From Chitinophagaceae bacterium (GTDB taxonomy: Bacteria; Bacteroidota; Bacteroidia; Chitinophagales; Chitinophagaceae): 64,000 nt of DNA. Of this stretch, positions 8,274 through 18,347 are shown piece by piece; position 1 is the first letter of the stretch; every line of letters begins with the position of its first letter. The notes beneath the pieces are model-generated. The model did no database searches. It was not told where the DNA came from and saw only the letters and a list, made by a program, of their open reading frames with translations. A program made the position numbers and the translations under genes. Location of the stretch: positions 117,312 to 181,311 of the forward strand of contig JBGAQC010000008.1 of the NCBI GenBank assembly GCA_044220945.1, written 5' to 3'.

Positions 8274-9539
8274 ATGAATGTTCTCATCCAACAGGCATTG
8301 ATAAATGACCCCGGTTCATCCCATCATGGTCAAAAAAGGGATGTCTACATTGAATCGGGTTTCATCAGGGATATCCAGCCACAGCTTTCCGTAAAAGCCG
8401 ACAAAGTCATTTCCGGCACCCAACTCACCCTTTCTCCCGGATGGTGTGATGTATTTGCTTCTTTTGCCGACCCCGGTTATGAACATAAAGAGACCCTGGC
8501 TACAGGTGCTGCAGCAGCGGCAGCCGGCGGTTATACCGATGTGATGGTGATCCCCAATACCCGTCCGGTTGTGGATTCCAAGGCCCAGGTGGAATATATC
8601 CTCCATCGCTCCCAACAACTTCCGGTTACCATTCACCCGATCGGAGCCATTTCGCGCGGAGCAGAGGGCAAGGAACTGGCGGAAATGTATGATATGCAAT
8701 CCAGCGGCGCCCTGGCTTTCAGCGATGGTACACATCCGGTGCAATCCTCCGGTCTGCTGGTAAAAGCCTTCCAGTATGTCAAGGCTTTTGATGGGGTGGT
8801 GATCCAGATCCCGGACGATACCAGCATCGCTCCTCATGGACTGATGCATGAAGGCGTGGCTTCCACCCGTTTTGGTATGCCTGGTAAACCCATTATGGCC
8901 GAAGAGATCCTTGTGGCACGTGATATCAAGCTGGCCCGCTATGCCGGCTCCAAACTGCATATAACCGGAGTCACTTCGCCCAAATCCCTGGAATATATCC
9001 GCAGGGCCAAGGAAAGCGGTATAGCGGTTACTTGTTCGGTTTCCCCGGCCCATTTGATCTTCTCCGACGAAGACCTGCACGATTACGATACCAACCTGAA
9101 AGTATATCCGCCCCTTCGTACCCCCGATCAGGTGAATGCCCTTAAAAAGGCTGTCCTGGATGGTACGGTGGATTGCATCGCCAGCCACCATTTTCCGCAT
9201 GAAACCGACAGCAAGGTCTGTGAGTTTGAATATGCGGCATTTGGCATGATCGCCCTGGAAACCGCCTATGCTGTGGTGAAAACGGCTATACCGGAGATTT
9301 CCGAAAAACGGATTGCGGAACTCTTCAGCATTCAGCCCCGGACTATTTTCGGGCTGCCCGTACCGGTCATTGAAAAAGACCAGCCTGCCGTTGTAACAGT
9401 TTATGATCCTGCGCTACAAACAAAACTGGAAAACACAGGCATCCGCTCCCGCTCCCGTAACAGCCCCTTTATTAATAAATCTTTACAAGGTGCCGTTATA
9501 GGGATCATTAACCGGAATCTGGCTTCTTTTAACCTTTAA
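8274..9539 (+). CDS. Dihydroorotase-like protein lacking the catalytic and metal-binding residues (PyrC'-like)
   Basis: Type I DHOase-like throughout (PNTRPVVD, ARDIKLA, KVYPPLR), but HxH, the other His ligands and the catalytic Asp appear substituted. Start moved to ATG 8274. Confidence 0.85.
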   Translation: MNVLIQQALINDPGSSHHGQKRDVYIESGFIRDIQPQLSVKADKVISGTQLTLSPGWCDVFASFADPGYEHKETLATGAAAAAAGGYTDVMVIPNTRPVVDSKAQVEYILHRSQQLPVTIHPIGAISRGAEGKELAEMYDMQSSGALAFSDGTHPVQSSGLLVKAFQYVKAFDGVVIQIPDDTSIAPHGLMHEGVASTRFGMPGKPIMAEEILVARDIKLARYAGSKLHITGVTSPKSLEYIRRAKESGIAVTCSVSPAHLIFSDEDLHDYDTNLKVYPPLRTPDQVNALKKAVLDGTVDCIASHHFPHETDSKVCEFEYAAFGMIALETAYAVVKTAIPEISEKRIAELFSIQPRTIFGLPVPVIEKDQPAVVTVYDPALQTKLENTGIRSRSRNSPFINKSLQGAVIGIINRNLASFNL

Positions 9540-9549
9540 AAACAGTTTT

Positions 9550-10074
9550 ATGAATGCTTCAAAAAATCAGGGCATCACTTATGGATTTGTAAACGGACTG
9601 GTAGGGATCCTGTTTACCGTTGTACTCTATCTCATCGGTGTTAAAGCTTTCGTAAGTCCGGTAGCTTATGTGGCATTGGTATTGCCCATTGTATTTGCGG
9701 TACTGGCTGCTGTTGCGCGCAAAAAAGCGCAGGGTGGATTTATCAGTTTCAGTGAAGCACTTCAGACTACATTTAGTGTATTTGTAATTGGGACACTGCT
9801 GGGAATCATTTTCAATTATGTACTCTTTAACCTGATTGATGTGGGATTCCGCGAAGCACTGGCACAGGAAACCGCTGAAAGCGTAGCTAAAATGATGCAG
9901 AAATTCGGTGCTAAACAGGAAGAAATTGATAAAGCCATGACTGATGCACAAAGCGGAAATAACTACACTGCAGGAAAAATGGCACTTGGATTTGCCTTTT
10001 CTTCCATTGTATCATTCATTGTGAGTCTGATCATTTCTGCCATTGTGAAAAAACAGAAGCCGGCTTTTGAATAA
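9550..10074 (+). CDS. DUF4199-family membrane protein
   Basis: Four TM segments with GGFISFSEALQTTFSVF and a helical periplasmic insert, recognised by resemblance. Confidence 0.75.
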   Translation: MNASKNQGITYGFVNGLVGILFTVVLYLIGVKAFVSPVAYVALVLPIVFAVLAAVARKKAQGGFISFSEALQTTFSVFVIGTLLGIIFNYVLFNLIDVGFREALAQETAESVAKMMQKFGAKQEEIDKAMTDAQSGNNYTAGKMALGFAFSSIVSFIVSLIISAIVKKQKPAFE

Positions 10075-10086
10075 CTGAATATTACA

Positions 10087-11031
10087 TTGATGGACATATC
10101 CGTAATTGTACCTTTTTATAACGAGGAAGAATCCCTTCCTGAACTGGCTGCCTGGATCGACCGGGTGGCCCGTGCAAATGCGCTCAGTTATGAAATCATC
10201 ATGATCGATGATGGCAGCACTGACCGTTCCTGGGAGATCGTGGAAGGCCTGATCCGGCAGAACCCCGCTATCAAAGCGATCAAATTCCAGCGCAATTACG
10301 GCAAGTCAGCTGCCCTCAACGAGGGATTCCGGGCCTGTGAAGGCGAAGTGGTGATCACCATGGATGCAGATCTTCAGGATAGTCCGGATGAAATACCTGC
10401 GTTGCGAAACAAGATCCTGGAAGGCTGGGATATTGTAAGCGGCTGGAAAAAGAAACGGCATGACCCGCTGGAGAAACGCATCCCCTCCAAATTCTTCAAC
10501 TGGGTGACAGCGAAAATATCCGGCATTCCCCTGCATGATTTCAACTGCGGTCTCAAAGCCTACCGCAAAAAAGTGATCAAGAGTATTGAGGTATATGGTG
10601 AAATGCACCGCTACATTCCCCTGATCGCCAAATGGGCCGGTTTCCGCAAAACCACAGAGCAGGTGGTGGAACACCATGCCCGTAAATATGGCACTTCCAA
10701 ATTCGGCTGGGAACGATACATCAATGGATTTCTCGACCTGGCAACGATCATGTTCCTGGGTAAATTCGGAAAACGGCCCATGCAGTTCTTCGGATTCTGG
10801 GGTACCCTGTTTTTCCTGATCGGCTTCGGGATTTTTTCTTTCCTGACGATCTCGAAATTCTTTTTTGATCAGACCGGACTCACGCAGCGGCCTTTATTCT
10901 TCTTTGCCATTATGATCATGATCATTGGCTCCCAGTTATTCCTGACCGGTTTCATTGCAGAGCTCGTTACCCGTAATGCACCCGGCCGGAATCATTACCT
11001 GATTGAGCAAAAGGTCGGTCTCGATAACTGA
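10087..11031 (+). CDS. Glycosyltransferase family 2 (DPM1/GtrB/ArnC-like polyprenol-phosphate glycosyltransferase)
   Basis: VIVPFYNEE, IDDGSTD, RNYGKSAAL, TMDADLQD, HDFNCGLKAYR and two C-terminal TM helices. Confidence 0.9.
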   Translation: MMDISVIVPFYNEEESLPELAAWIDRVARANALSYEIIMIDDGSTDRSWEIVEGLIRQNPAIKAIKFQRNYGKSAALNEGFRACEGEVVITMDADLQDSPDEIPALRNKILEGWDIVSGWKKKRHDPLEKRIPSKFFNWVTAKISGIPLHDFNCGLKAYRKKVIKSIEVYGEMHRYIPLIAKWAGFRKTTEQVVEHHARKYGTSKFGWERYINGFLDLATIMFLGKFGKRPMQFFGFWGTLFFLIGFGIFSFLTISKFFFDQTGLTQRPLFFFAIMIMIIGSQLFLTGFIAELVTRNAPGRNHYLIEQKVGLDN

Positions 11032-11051
11032 ACCGGCCCCTTTTCCAGCCT

Positions 11052-12197
11052 ATGAACCCAGTACAAAAAAAAGTGGTGATCATCGGACCGGCGCATCCTC
11101 TGCGCGGAGGACTTGCTACATTCGATCAGCGCTTATGCCGTGCTTTTCTGGAAGCCGGATACGATGCCTCTATTTTCTCTTTTTCCTTGCAATACCCCGG
11201 TTTTCTCTTTCCAGGTACTACACAATATGCTGATGGCCCTGCTCCGGAGGGGATCAAAATATTTTCCGTGATCAATTCCATTCATCCGCTGAACTGGCTG
11301 CATGTAGGCCGATTGTTGCGGGTCATGAAACCGGATCTGATCGTAGTGCGCTTCTGGCTGCCATTGATGGGGCCGGCACTCGGAACTATCCTGAGAAGGG
11401 CGAAAAAGAACAAACACACACGGGTGGTGGCGATTACGGATAATGTAATTCCACATGAGAAACGTCCGGGCGACAAACCCTTTACCCGCTATTTTCTGGG
11501 TGCCTGCGATGCATTTGTGACCATGAGTGAAAAAGTGATGCATGACCTGCGCAGTTTTGAAAAAGTGAAACCGGCCCGTCAGGTGCTGCATCCGCTCTAT
11601 GATAATTTCGGGGATCCGGTTTCCAAAGAATCAGCCAGAACACATCTGGGACTTGCAGCCAACCAGCAACTGCTGCTGTTTTTCGGATTTATTCGGCCCT
11701 ACAAGGGACTGGATATCCTGCTGAAGGCCATGGCCCTGCTGATAGAGAAAATGCCCAACCTGAAACTGCTGGTGGCCGGAGAGTTTTATGAAGACGCAGC
11801 TCCCTATCATCAGTTGATCCAGTCGCTCGGGATCAGCGAACAGCTTATCCTTCGTACCGATTTCATCCCCGACGACCAGGTGAAATACTATCTCTGCGCA
11901 GCCGATGGTGTAGTGCAGCCTTACCGGAATGCCACACAGAGTGGTGTTACTCCACTCGCCTATCATTTCGAGATCCCGATGATCGTCACCAATGTGGGAA
12001 GCCTGCCCGATCTGGTACCGCATGAGAAAGCGGGACTGGTCACAAGCCCTGATCCGGAGGCGCTGGCAGCAGCCATCTGCCGCTACTTCGAATTAGGACA
12101 GAACTATTTTTTGCCTCATCTTCGTAACGAAAAACAACGCTATTCCTGGCAGGAACTGGTGGGCGCACTCACCAGCTTGTCCGGAACCGGCAAATAA
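11052..12197 (+). CDS. Glycosyltransferase family 4
   Basis: GPAHPLRGG, LFFGFIRPYKGLDILL and QSGVTPLAYHFEIPMIVTNVGSL. Confidence 0.88.
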   Translation: MNPVQKKVVIIGPAHPLRGGLATFDQRLCRAFLEAGYDASIFSFSLQYPGFLFPGTTQYADGPAPEGIKIFSVINSIHPLNWLHVGRLLRVMKPDLIVVRFWLPLMGPALGTILRRAKKNKHTRVVAITDNVIPHEKRPGDKPFTRYFLGACDAFVTMSEKVMHDLRSFEKVKPARQVLHPLYDNFGDPVSKESARTHLGLAANQQLLLFFGFIRPYKGLDILLKAMALLIEKMPNLKLLVAGEFYEDAAPYHQLIQSLGISEQLILRTDFIPDDQVKYYLCAADGVVQPYRNATQSGVTPLAYHFEIPMIVTNVGSLPDLVPHEKAGLVTSPDPEALAAAICRYFELGQNYFLPHLRNEKQRYSWQELVGALTSLSGTGK

Positions 12198-12203
12198 ATA
12201 TCC

Positions 12204-13226
12204 ATGATCTACAGAAGCAAAGCTCCCTTGCGGATCGGCCTGGCCGGAGGCGGTACTGATGTCAGCCCTTACAGCGACCTATATGGTGGTGCAATTCTCA
12301 ATGCCACCGTTTCCCTTTACGCATACGCCAATATTGAATTACTGGATCAGCCTGTCATTGAACTCACTGCGCTCGACCGTAAGGAATTCCTCTCCTATCC
12401 TGCAGCGGCCAGTCTGCCCATTGATGGAAAACTCGACCTGCTCAAAGGAGTCTATAACCGCATCATGCAGCAATACCGTTTTCCGGTCGCTGGTTTCCGC
12501 TTATCGACTTTTGTGGATGCACCTGCAGGATCGGGACTGGGTACTTCCTCTACCCTTGTTGTGGCCATACTGGGTGCTTTTGCAGAACGGTACAAACTCC
12601 CGCTCGGGGAATATGATATCGCCCACCTGGCTTTTGAAATTGAGCGCAAAGACCTCAATATGGCCGGCGGGAAACAGGACCAGTATGCCGCTACCTTCGG
12701 TGGTGTCAATTTCATGGAGTTCCTGACAGGTGATAAAGTGATCGTGAATCCGTTGCGGATCAAACAGGAGTACCTGTTCGAACTGGAAAACAACCTCCTC
12801 CTCTATTATACTTCAACCAGCCGAGAATCGGCAAAGATCATCGAAAAGCAGAGTGCCAATGTGGTGGAGAAGAAAGAAAAATCCATCGAAGCCATGCACC
12901 AGCTCAAACAGCAGGCCCAGATGATGAAGGAAGCCCTGCTCACCGGGAAGATCCACCAGATCGGCGAGATCCTGGATTTCGGTTTCCAGCAGAAAAAGCA
13001 GATGGCCGAAGGGATCACCAACCCGCTCATCGATGAGATCTATGCGGCTACAAAAAAAGCCGGTGCTACCGGAGGAAAGATCTCCGGTGCAGGTGGTGGC
13101 GGTTTCATGACTTTCTATTGTCCGGGCAATAGCAAATTCAAAGTAATTGAAGCGCTGGAAGCTTTCGGCGGGTATGTGAAGCCTTACCAGTTTGTGGATC
13201 ATGGGCTCACGGGATGGACAATGTAA
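12204..13226 (+). CDS. hddA: D-glycero-alpha-D-manno-heptose 7-phosphate kinase (GHMP family)
   Basis: APLRIGLAGGGTDV, PAGSGLGTSS, GGKQDQYAA and KISGAGGGGF; next to gmhA. Confidence 0.88.
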   Translation: MIYRSKAPLRIGLAGGGTDVSPYSDLYGGAILNATVSLYAYANIELLDQPVIELTALDRKEFLSYPAAASLPIDGKLDLLKGVYNRIMQQYRFPVAGFRLSTFVDAPAGSGLGTSSTLVVAILGAFAERYKLPLGEYDIAHLAFEIERKDLNMAGGKQDQYAATFGGVNFMEFLTGDKVIVNPLRIKQEYLFELENNLLLYYTSTSRESAKIIEKQSANVVEKKEKSIEAMHQLKQQAQMMKEALLTGKIHQIGEILDFGFQQKKQMAEGITNPLIDEIYAATKKAGATGGKISGAGGGGFMTFYCPGNSKFKVIEALEAFGGYVKPYQFVDHGLTGWTM

Positions 13227-13260
13227 TGTGACAATGTGACGATATGCCGATGTGACAATA
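13223..13260 (+). repeat. Degenerate 8-mer tandem repeat (ACAATGTG-like, about 5 units)
   Basis: GTAATGTG ACAATGTG ACGATATG CCGATGTG ACAATA, starting at the hddA stop. Confidence 0.7.
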
Positions 13261-13285
13261 AAAGACAGCATAATAGATAAAGAAT

Positions 13286-13858
13286 ATGAATAAAATCAAG
13301 GATATTATCAGCGCTTCGATTGCGGTGAAGGAGCAATTGTTGAAAGAGGAAGCGATTTTGAAGGCCGTGGATCAGGTATCGGATACCATGGTTGCTGCAT
13401 TGAAAAACGGTAACCGTATTTACTTCTGTGGAAACGGTGGCAGTGCGGCGGATGCCCAGCACCTGGCAGCAGAATTTTCTGGTCGTTTTTATACCGACCG
13501 TGATGCCCTGCCTGCAGAAGCGCTGCATTGCAATACCTCCTACCTCACCGCGGTAGCCAACGACTACAGTTATGATGTGGTGTATTCCCGCCTGATCAAA
13601 GGTATCGGTAATAAAGGCGATGTGTTAGTGGGATTATCCACTTCCGGCAATTCGGCCAATATCCTGAAGGCTTTTGAAACAGCAAAAGAAAAAGGCATAG
13701 TTACAGTCGGGTTTACCGGGGCCAGTGGTGGCAAAATGAAAGGGCTCAGCGATTTTCTTTTCAATGTACCATCTTCCGATACACCCCGGATCCAGGAAAG
13801 CCATATCCTGCTGGGGCATATTGTGTGTCAGTTGGTGGAGGAACGGTATTTTCAGTAG
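13286..13858 (+). CDS. gmhA: Phosphoheptose isomerase (SIS domain)
   Basis: FCGNGGSAADAQHLAAEF, ANDYSYD, STSGNS and PRIQESHI. Confidence 0.95.
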   Translation: MNKIKDIISASIAVKEQLLKEEAILKAVDQVSDTMVAALKNGNRIYFCGNGGSAADAQHLAAEFSGRFYTDRDALPAEALHCNTSYLTAVANDYSYDVVYSRLIKGIGNKGDVLVGLSTSGNSANILKAFETAKEKGIVTVGFTGASGGKMKGLSDFLFNVPSSDTPRIQESHILLGHIVCQLVEERYFQ

Positions 13859-13985
13859 ACAGTAGACAGTAGTCAGTAGACAGAAGAGAGAAGAAAGAAG
13901 AGAAAAGAGAGAAGTGTAGTTAGAAGGCTTACGAATCAGCAAACTTAGCCAACTTAGTAAACTTAGGAAACTCAGTAAACCCAGC
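13853..13985 (+). repeat. Composite simple-repeat spacer: CAGTAGW x4, a 33-nt purine tract and AAACTTAGN-like x5
   Basis: Heptamers at 13853-13880, purine-only tract at 13882-13914, nonamers at 13941-13985. Confidence 0.85.
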
Positions 13986-13990
13986 ATCTG

Positions 13991-14692
13991 ATGATTCAGG
14001 AAGCGATCGTTTTGGCAGGCGGATTAGGAACAAGGTTACGGGCTGCCGTACCCGACCTGCCGAAATGTATGGCACCGGTGGCGGGAAGGCCATTTATAGA
14101 TCATGTGATTCAGTACTACAAAGAGCAAGGCATCCGGCGTTTCATTTTTTCTCTGGGATACCTGCACGAAATAATTGAAGCGCACCTGCTTACGGTACTG
14201 GGCAAGCAAGAACTGGAATTTGTAATAGAAGATGAGCCACTTGGAACAGGTGGCGCTATCCGTAAAGCCGCAGGAGCCGCCGGAACCGGTACGGTTCTCG
14301 TTCTGAATGGAGATACCCTTTTTAAGATCAGTCTCCCGGAATTATCCGAACACCACCAAAAACACCAGTCCGATTGCTCCCTTTGCCTGAAACCGATGAG
14401 GGCATTTGACCGGTATGGCGTGGTGGAACTGGGACCGGAAAACAGGATCAGCAGTTTTCAGGAGAAAAAATACTATGAGCAAGGCCTGATCAATGGAGGC
14501 GTATATGCATTACAGGTACAGGCCTTCCTGAATGAGTCCCTGCCGGAAAAATTTTCATTTGAGAAAGACTACCTGGAACAGTATTTCCGGCAACGTAAGA
14601 TGACCGGCCTGATCCAGAATGGTTATTTTATAGATATCGGGATCCCGGAAGATTTTAACAGGGCCCAAAATGAACTTGCCAGTCATGAATAA
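13991..14692 (+). CDS. hddC: D-glycero-alpha-D-manno-heptose 1-phosphate guanylyltransferase
   Basis: VLAGGLGTRL, PKCMAPVAGRPF, EPLGTGGAI, LNGDT, FSFEKD and FIDIGIPED; located in the heptose cluster. Confidence 0.85.
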   Translation: MIQEAIVLAGGLGTRLRAAVPDLPKCMAPVAGRPFIDHVIQYYKEQGIRRFIFSLGYLHEIIEAHLLTVLGKQELEFVIEDEPLGTGGAIRKAAGAAGTGTVLVLNGDTLFKISLPELSEHHQKHQSDCSLCLKPMRAFDRYGVVELGPENRISSFQEKKYYEQGLINGGVYALQVQAFLNESLPEKFSFEKDYLEQYFRQRKMTGLIQNGYFIDIGIPEDFNRAQNELASHE

Positions 14693-15242
14693 ACCCCTGC
14701 CCCTTGTAGACCCGCAATGGACCCTTTTCCTTGACCGTGACGGGGTAATCAATGAAGACAATATTCACGGTTATATCCTAAACTGGGAAGCATTCCACTT
14801 TTACCCGGGAGTTACGGCTGCCTTTGCCGCTTTTACCCACTTGTTTTCCCGGATTCTTGTTGTGACGAACCAGCGTGGAGTTGGCCGCGGACTCATGCCG
14901 CAGGAAGAGCTTGAGCGCATCCACAGTGAAATGAATAAAGCGATCCGGGCAGCAGGTGGCCGCGTGGATAAAGTATATTACTGTACTGCAACAGAAAACA
15001 GCGCCCCATGTCGCAAGCCCAATCCCGGTATGGCCCTGCAGGCCAGGGAAGAATATCCTGAAATCGACTTTTCCCGCAGCATCATGGTCGGCAATACCAA
15101 AAGCGATATGGAATTCGGAAGGAATATCGGCGCTTTTACGGTGTATATCCACACCCGGGAAGACAAGATCCCCCATCCCGACACGGTAGATGCCCGCTTC
15201 GACAACCTCCTGGAATTGGCAAAAGCTTTACAATCCCGTTAA
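14685..15242 (+). CDS. gmhB: D,D-heptose 1,7-bisphosphate phosphatase (HAD IIIA)
   Basis: LFLDRDGVIN, VVTNQRGVG, CRKPNPGM and SIMVGN. ATG 14685 overlaps the hddC stop; alternative start 14670. Confidence 0.88.
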   Translation: MNKPLPLVDPQWTLFLDRDGVINEDNIHGYILNWEAFHFYPGVTAAFAAFTHLFSRILVVTNQRGVGRGLMPQEELERIHSEMNKAIRAAGGRVDKVYYCTATENSAPCRKPNPGMALQAREEYPEIDFSRSIMVGNTKSDMEFGRNIGAFTVYIHTREDKIPHPDTVDARFDNLLELAKALQSR

Positions 15243-15307
15243 AATTTAATCCGATCCGGTGCGTTTAATCCCGGAAACGGTAGTTTTGTCCTGATTAAAT
15301 ACCCTTT

Positions 15308-16330
15308 ATGGCTGCCCCACTGTTACGTAAACTGATTTCTGGTACCGGAATAATGCTGTGCTGCCTTTCCCTGCAGGCGCAAAACGGTAAACTGAGTGCC
15401 GGGACACTGAAAGCCCTCGAAATCCGGGAAGATTCCCTGAAAGACGTTTCCCGCAAAATGGTGTTCAGTGAGAATCCTGCGGAACGGTTCCGGAGCGACA
15501 GCATTTTTGTCAAGACGCTGGTACGGGCTCTCAAATATCCTTTTGCTTTCTACTATCCCTTTGATTCCGTAAACATTTCAAAACTATATGCACCCGACAG
15601 CAGTTTCCGCATCTTTACCTGGCAGCTGAAACGGGATGAATATGTTTTGTTGCAGAAAGGAGCCATACAAATGAATACTCCGGATGGTTCCCTGAAACTC
15701 TTTCCGCTGATCGATAATTCGATGTTTACTGCAAAACCGTATGATTCCGTCCGTTCCAACAAGAACTGGATCGGAGCCATCTATTATAAGATCATCATGA
15801 AGGAAGCCAACGGGAAAAAATACTACACTCTGATCGGCTTTGATGATTTCAGTGTCAGCAGTAATAAAAAATGGATGGATGTTCTCTCCTTTAATAAACA
15901 GGGAGAACCTGAATTCGGGGCTGTACCGATCAGCTTTAAGGAAGATTCTGTACCCCGGCCCGACCAGCGCCGGTTCAGCATTGAATACAAGAAAGAAGCC
16001 AAGACTTATTTCAATTATGACCCGGAGCTTGACCTGATCATTGTAGACCACCTGGTTTCCGAGACGGATGAACCCGAGAAAAAATTCACTCTGGTACCCG
16101 ATGGTGATTATGAGGCATTCAGCTGGAAAAACGGGCAATGGGTGCATATGGATAAATTATTCCATGAAAAGCTGAAAGACGGGGACTTTCCCCGCGAAGC
16201 CCTGCTCTATGATGATGCCGGTAATGTGAACGAGCAGCAACTCGAAGATGCATCTAAGAAAAACGCAGAAAAGAAGAAGAAAGAAGAACCCAAAAAGCCC
16301 GTAACACCGGTTAAAAAAACAAAAGGTTGA
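15308..16330 (+). CDS. Conserved hypothetical secreted protein with a Lys-rich C-terminus
   Basis: Signal peptide, long clean ORF; function not recognised. Confidence 0.75.
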   Translation: MAAPLLRKLISGTGIMLCCLSLQAQNGKLSAGTLKALEIREDSLKDVSRKMVFSENPAERFRSDSIFVKTLVRALKYPFAFYYPFDSVNISKLYAPDSSFRIFTWQLKRDEYVLLQKGAIQMNTPDGSLKLFPLIDNSMFTAKPYDSVRSNKNWIGAIYYKIIMKEANGKKYYTLIGFDDFSVSSNKKWMDVLSFNKQGEPEFGAVPISFKEDSVPRPDQRRFSIEYKKEAKTYFNYDPELDLIIVDHLVSETDEPEKKFTLVPDGDYEAFSWKNGQWVHMDKLFHEKLKDGDFPREALLYDDAGNVNEQQLEDASKKNAEKKKKEEPKKPVTPVKKTKG

Positions 16331-16373
16331 CTCTTATAAAAGCTTGAATATCTGCACAATACTAATGCAATAC

Positions 16374-16402
16374 AAAACGCCGGGATAGATATCCCGGCGT
16401 TT
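16374..16402. terminator. Probable bidirectional terminator between the convergent hypothetical gene and lepA
   Basis: AAACGCCGGGAT-AGAT-ATCCCGGCGTTT. Confidence 0.7.
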
Positions 16403-16553
16403 CAATTTGAAGCAATTAGTAAGGGTTATACCCTGGTTTCGGTAACAGGGTTGAAGCGATGATAAAACAATCAGTTCATACGGACGAGAAATAGACAAGT
16501 TGCCTCGACAGAAAGATGCTTTTATTCAAAAAAAAACGGAAAAATGATACGGA

Positions 16554-18347
16554 TCAATCATCCAGCTTCAACACGGCCAGGAAGGCTTCCTGGGGTACAT
16601 CCACTGATCCGATCTGCCGCATCCGTTTCTTACCTTCTTTCTGCTTTTCCAAAAGTTTCCGTTTACGTGAGATATCACCTCCATAACACTTGGCAGTCAC
16701 GTCTTTACGCATGGCGCTGATATTCTCACGGGCAATCACTTTGGCGCCAATAGCCGCCTGGATCGCGATCTGGAATTGCTGGCGGGGCAGCAGTTCCTTC
16801 AGTTTTTCGCAGAGTTTACGGCCAAAATCCTGGGCCCGGCTGCGGTGGATCAGGGCACTCAGGGCATCCACTTTCTCACTATTGAGCAGGATATCCATCT
16901 TCACGATATCGGCATCCCGGTATCCAATGGGATGGTAATCGAAAGACGCATAGCCGCGGGTCTGGCTTTTCAGCTTATCGTAGAAATCAAATACGATCTC
17001 GGTGAGCGGCATTTCAAAAATAAGCTCCACCCGGGTTGCAGTGAGGTAGCTCTGGTTAATGAGAATCCCCCTTTTGCCCAGGCAAAGCGTCATGATATTG
17101 CCGATATAGTCGGGTTTCGTGATGATCTGTGCCTTAATAAAAGGCTCTTCGATCCGGTCCATCTGTGTGGGTTCCGGCATATCGGTCGGATTGTTGACGA
17201 TCATCTTCTCCCCTTTGGTGCTGTACGCCAGGAAGCTTACGTTAGGAACCGTGGTGATCACGGTCTGGTTGAATTCACGCTCCAGACGTTCCTGGATGAT
17301 CTCCATGTGCAGAAGGCCCAGGAAGCCGCAACGGAAACCGAAACCAAGGGCCTTGGAGGTTTCCAGTTCAAAAGTTAAAGAGGCGTCGTTCAGCTGGAGC
17401 TTGTCCATGCATTCCCGCAATTCCTCGAAATCTTCTGTAACCACCGGGAAAATACCCGCAAATACCATGGGTTTCACTTCTTCAAAACCCTTGATGGATT
17501 CGGGGTGCTCATTACTGGCCAGAGTGATGGTATCACCCACTTTCACCTCTTTGGCATTTTTAATACCCGTGATGATGTACCCTACATCTCCTGCTTTCAC
17601 CTCATTTTTGGGGGTCATTTTCAGTTTCAGAATGCCGATTTCATCGGCATCATACTCCTGTTCGGTGGAAACGAATTTTACTTTATCCCCTTTCTTGATA
17701 CTGCCATTTAATATGCGGTAATAAACAATAATTCCTCTGAATGAATTGAATACGCTATCGAAGATCAGGGCCTGCAAAGGAGCGTCCGGATTCCCTTCCG
17801 GGGCAGGTATGCGGTCTACAATTGCAGAAAGGATCGCTTCCACACCCAGACCGGTACGGCCCGATGCATGGAGGATCTCTTCCCTTTTACAGCCGATCAG
17901 GTCCACGATCTGGTCTTCCACCTCTTCGATCATGGCGCCATCCATATCGATCTTATTGATCACCGGAATGATCTCCAGGTCGTTATCAATCGCCAGGTAT
18001 AAATTGGAAATGGTCTGTGCCTGAATGCCCTGTGTGGCATCTACGAGCAATAGCGCACCTTCACAGGCGGCCAGCGCCCGGCTTACTTCATAACTGAAGT
18101 CTACGTGCCCGGGCGTATCGATCAGGTTCAGGATGTATTCCTGTCCGTCGGTATGCTTATAGTTGATCTGGATGGCATGGCTCTTAATGGTGATGCCTTT
18201 TTCCCGTTCCAGGTCCATATCATCGAGTACCTGGTCCATCATATCCCGTTCACTGATGGTATTGGTTACCTGCAGCAAACGGTCGGCCAGGGTCGATTTA
18301 CCATGGTCGATATGCGCAATAATGCAAAAATTACGGATTTTCTTCAT
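16554..18347 (-). CDS. lepA: Elongation factor 4 (LepA)
   Basis: [32 protein letters not shown] and [18 protein letters not shown]. Start ATG 18347 gives 597 aa. Confidence 0.97.
   Translation of the reverse strand: MKKIRNFCIIAHIDHGKSTLADRLLQVTNTISERDMMDQVLDDMDLEREKGITIKSHAIQINYKHTDGQEYILNLIDTPGHVDFSYEVSRALAACEGALLLVDATQGIQAQTISNLYLAIDNDLEIIPVINKIDMDGAMIEEVEDQIVDLIGCKREEILHASGRTGLGVEAILSAIVDRIPAPEGNPDAPLQALIFDSVFNSFRGIIVYYRILNGSIKKGDKVKFVSTEQEYDADEIGILKLKMTPKNEVKAGDVGYIITGIKNAKEVKVGDTITLASNEHPESIKGFEEVKPMVFAGIFPVVTEDFEELRECMDKLQLNDASLTFELETSKALGFGFRCGFLGLLHMEIIQERLEREFNQTVITTVPNVSFLAYSTKGEKMIVNNPTDMPEPTQMDRIEEPFIKAQIITKPDYIGNIMTLCLGKRGILINQSYLTATRVELIFEMPLTEIVFDFYDKLKSQTRGYASFDYHPIGYRDADIVKMDILLNSEKVDALSALIHRSRAQDFGRKLCEKLKELLPRQQFQIAIQAAIGAKVIARENISAMRKDVTAKCYGGDISRKRKLLEKQKEGKKRMRQIGSVDVPQEAFLAVLKLDD

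Noticed and set aside
16403-16553. Second hairpin (ACCCTG/CAGGGT) and possible sORF or sRNA downstream of lepA
   Set aside because: No convincing start codon or promoter; the tiny ORFs are unremarkable and it is explicable as the lepA 3' UTR.
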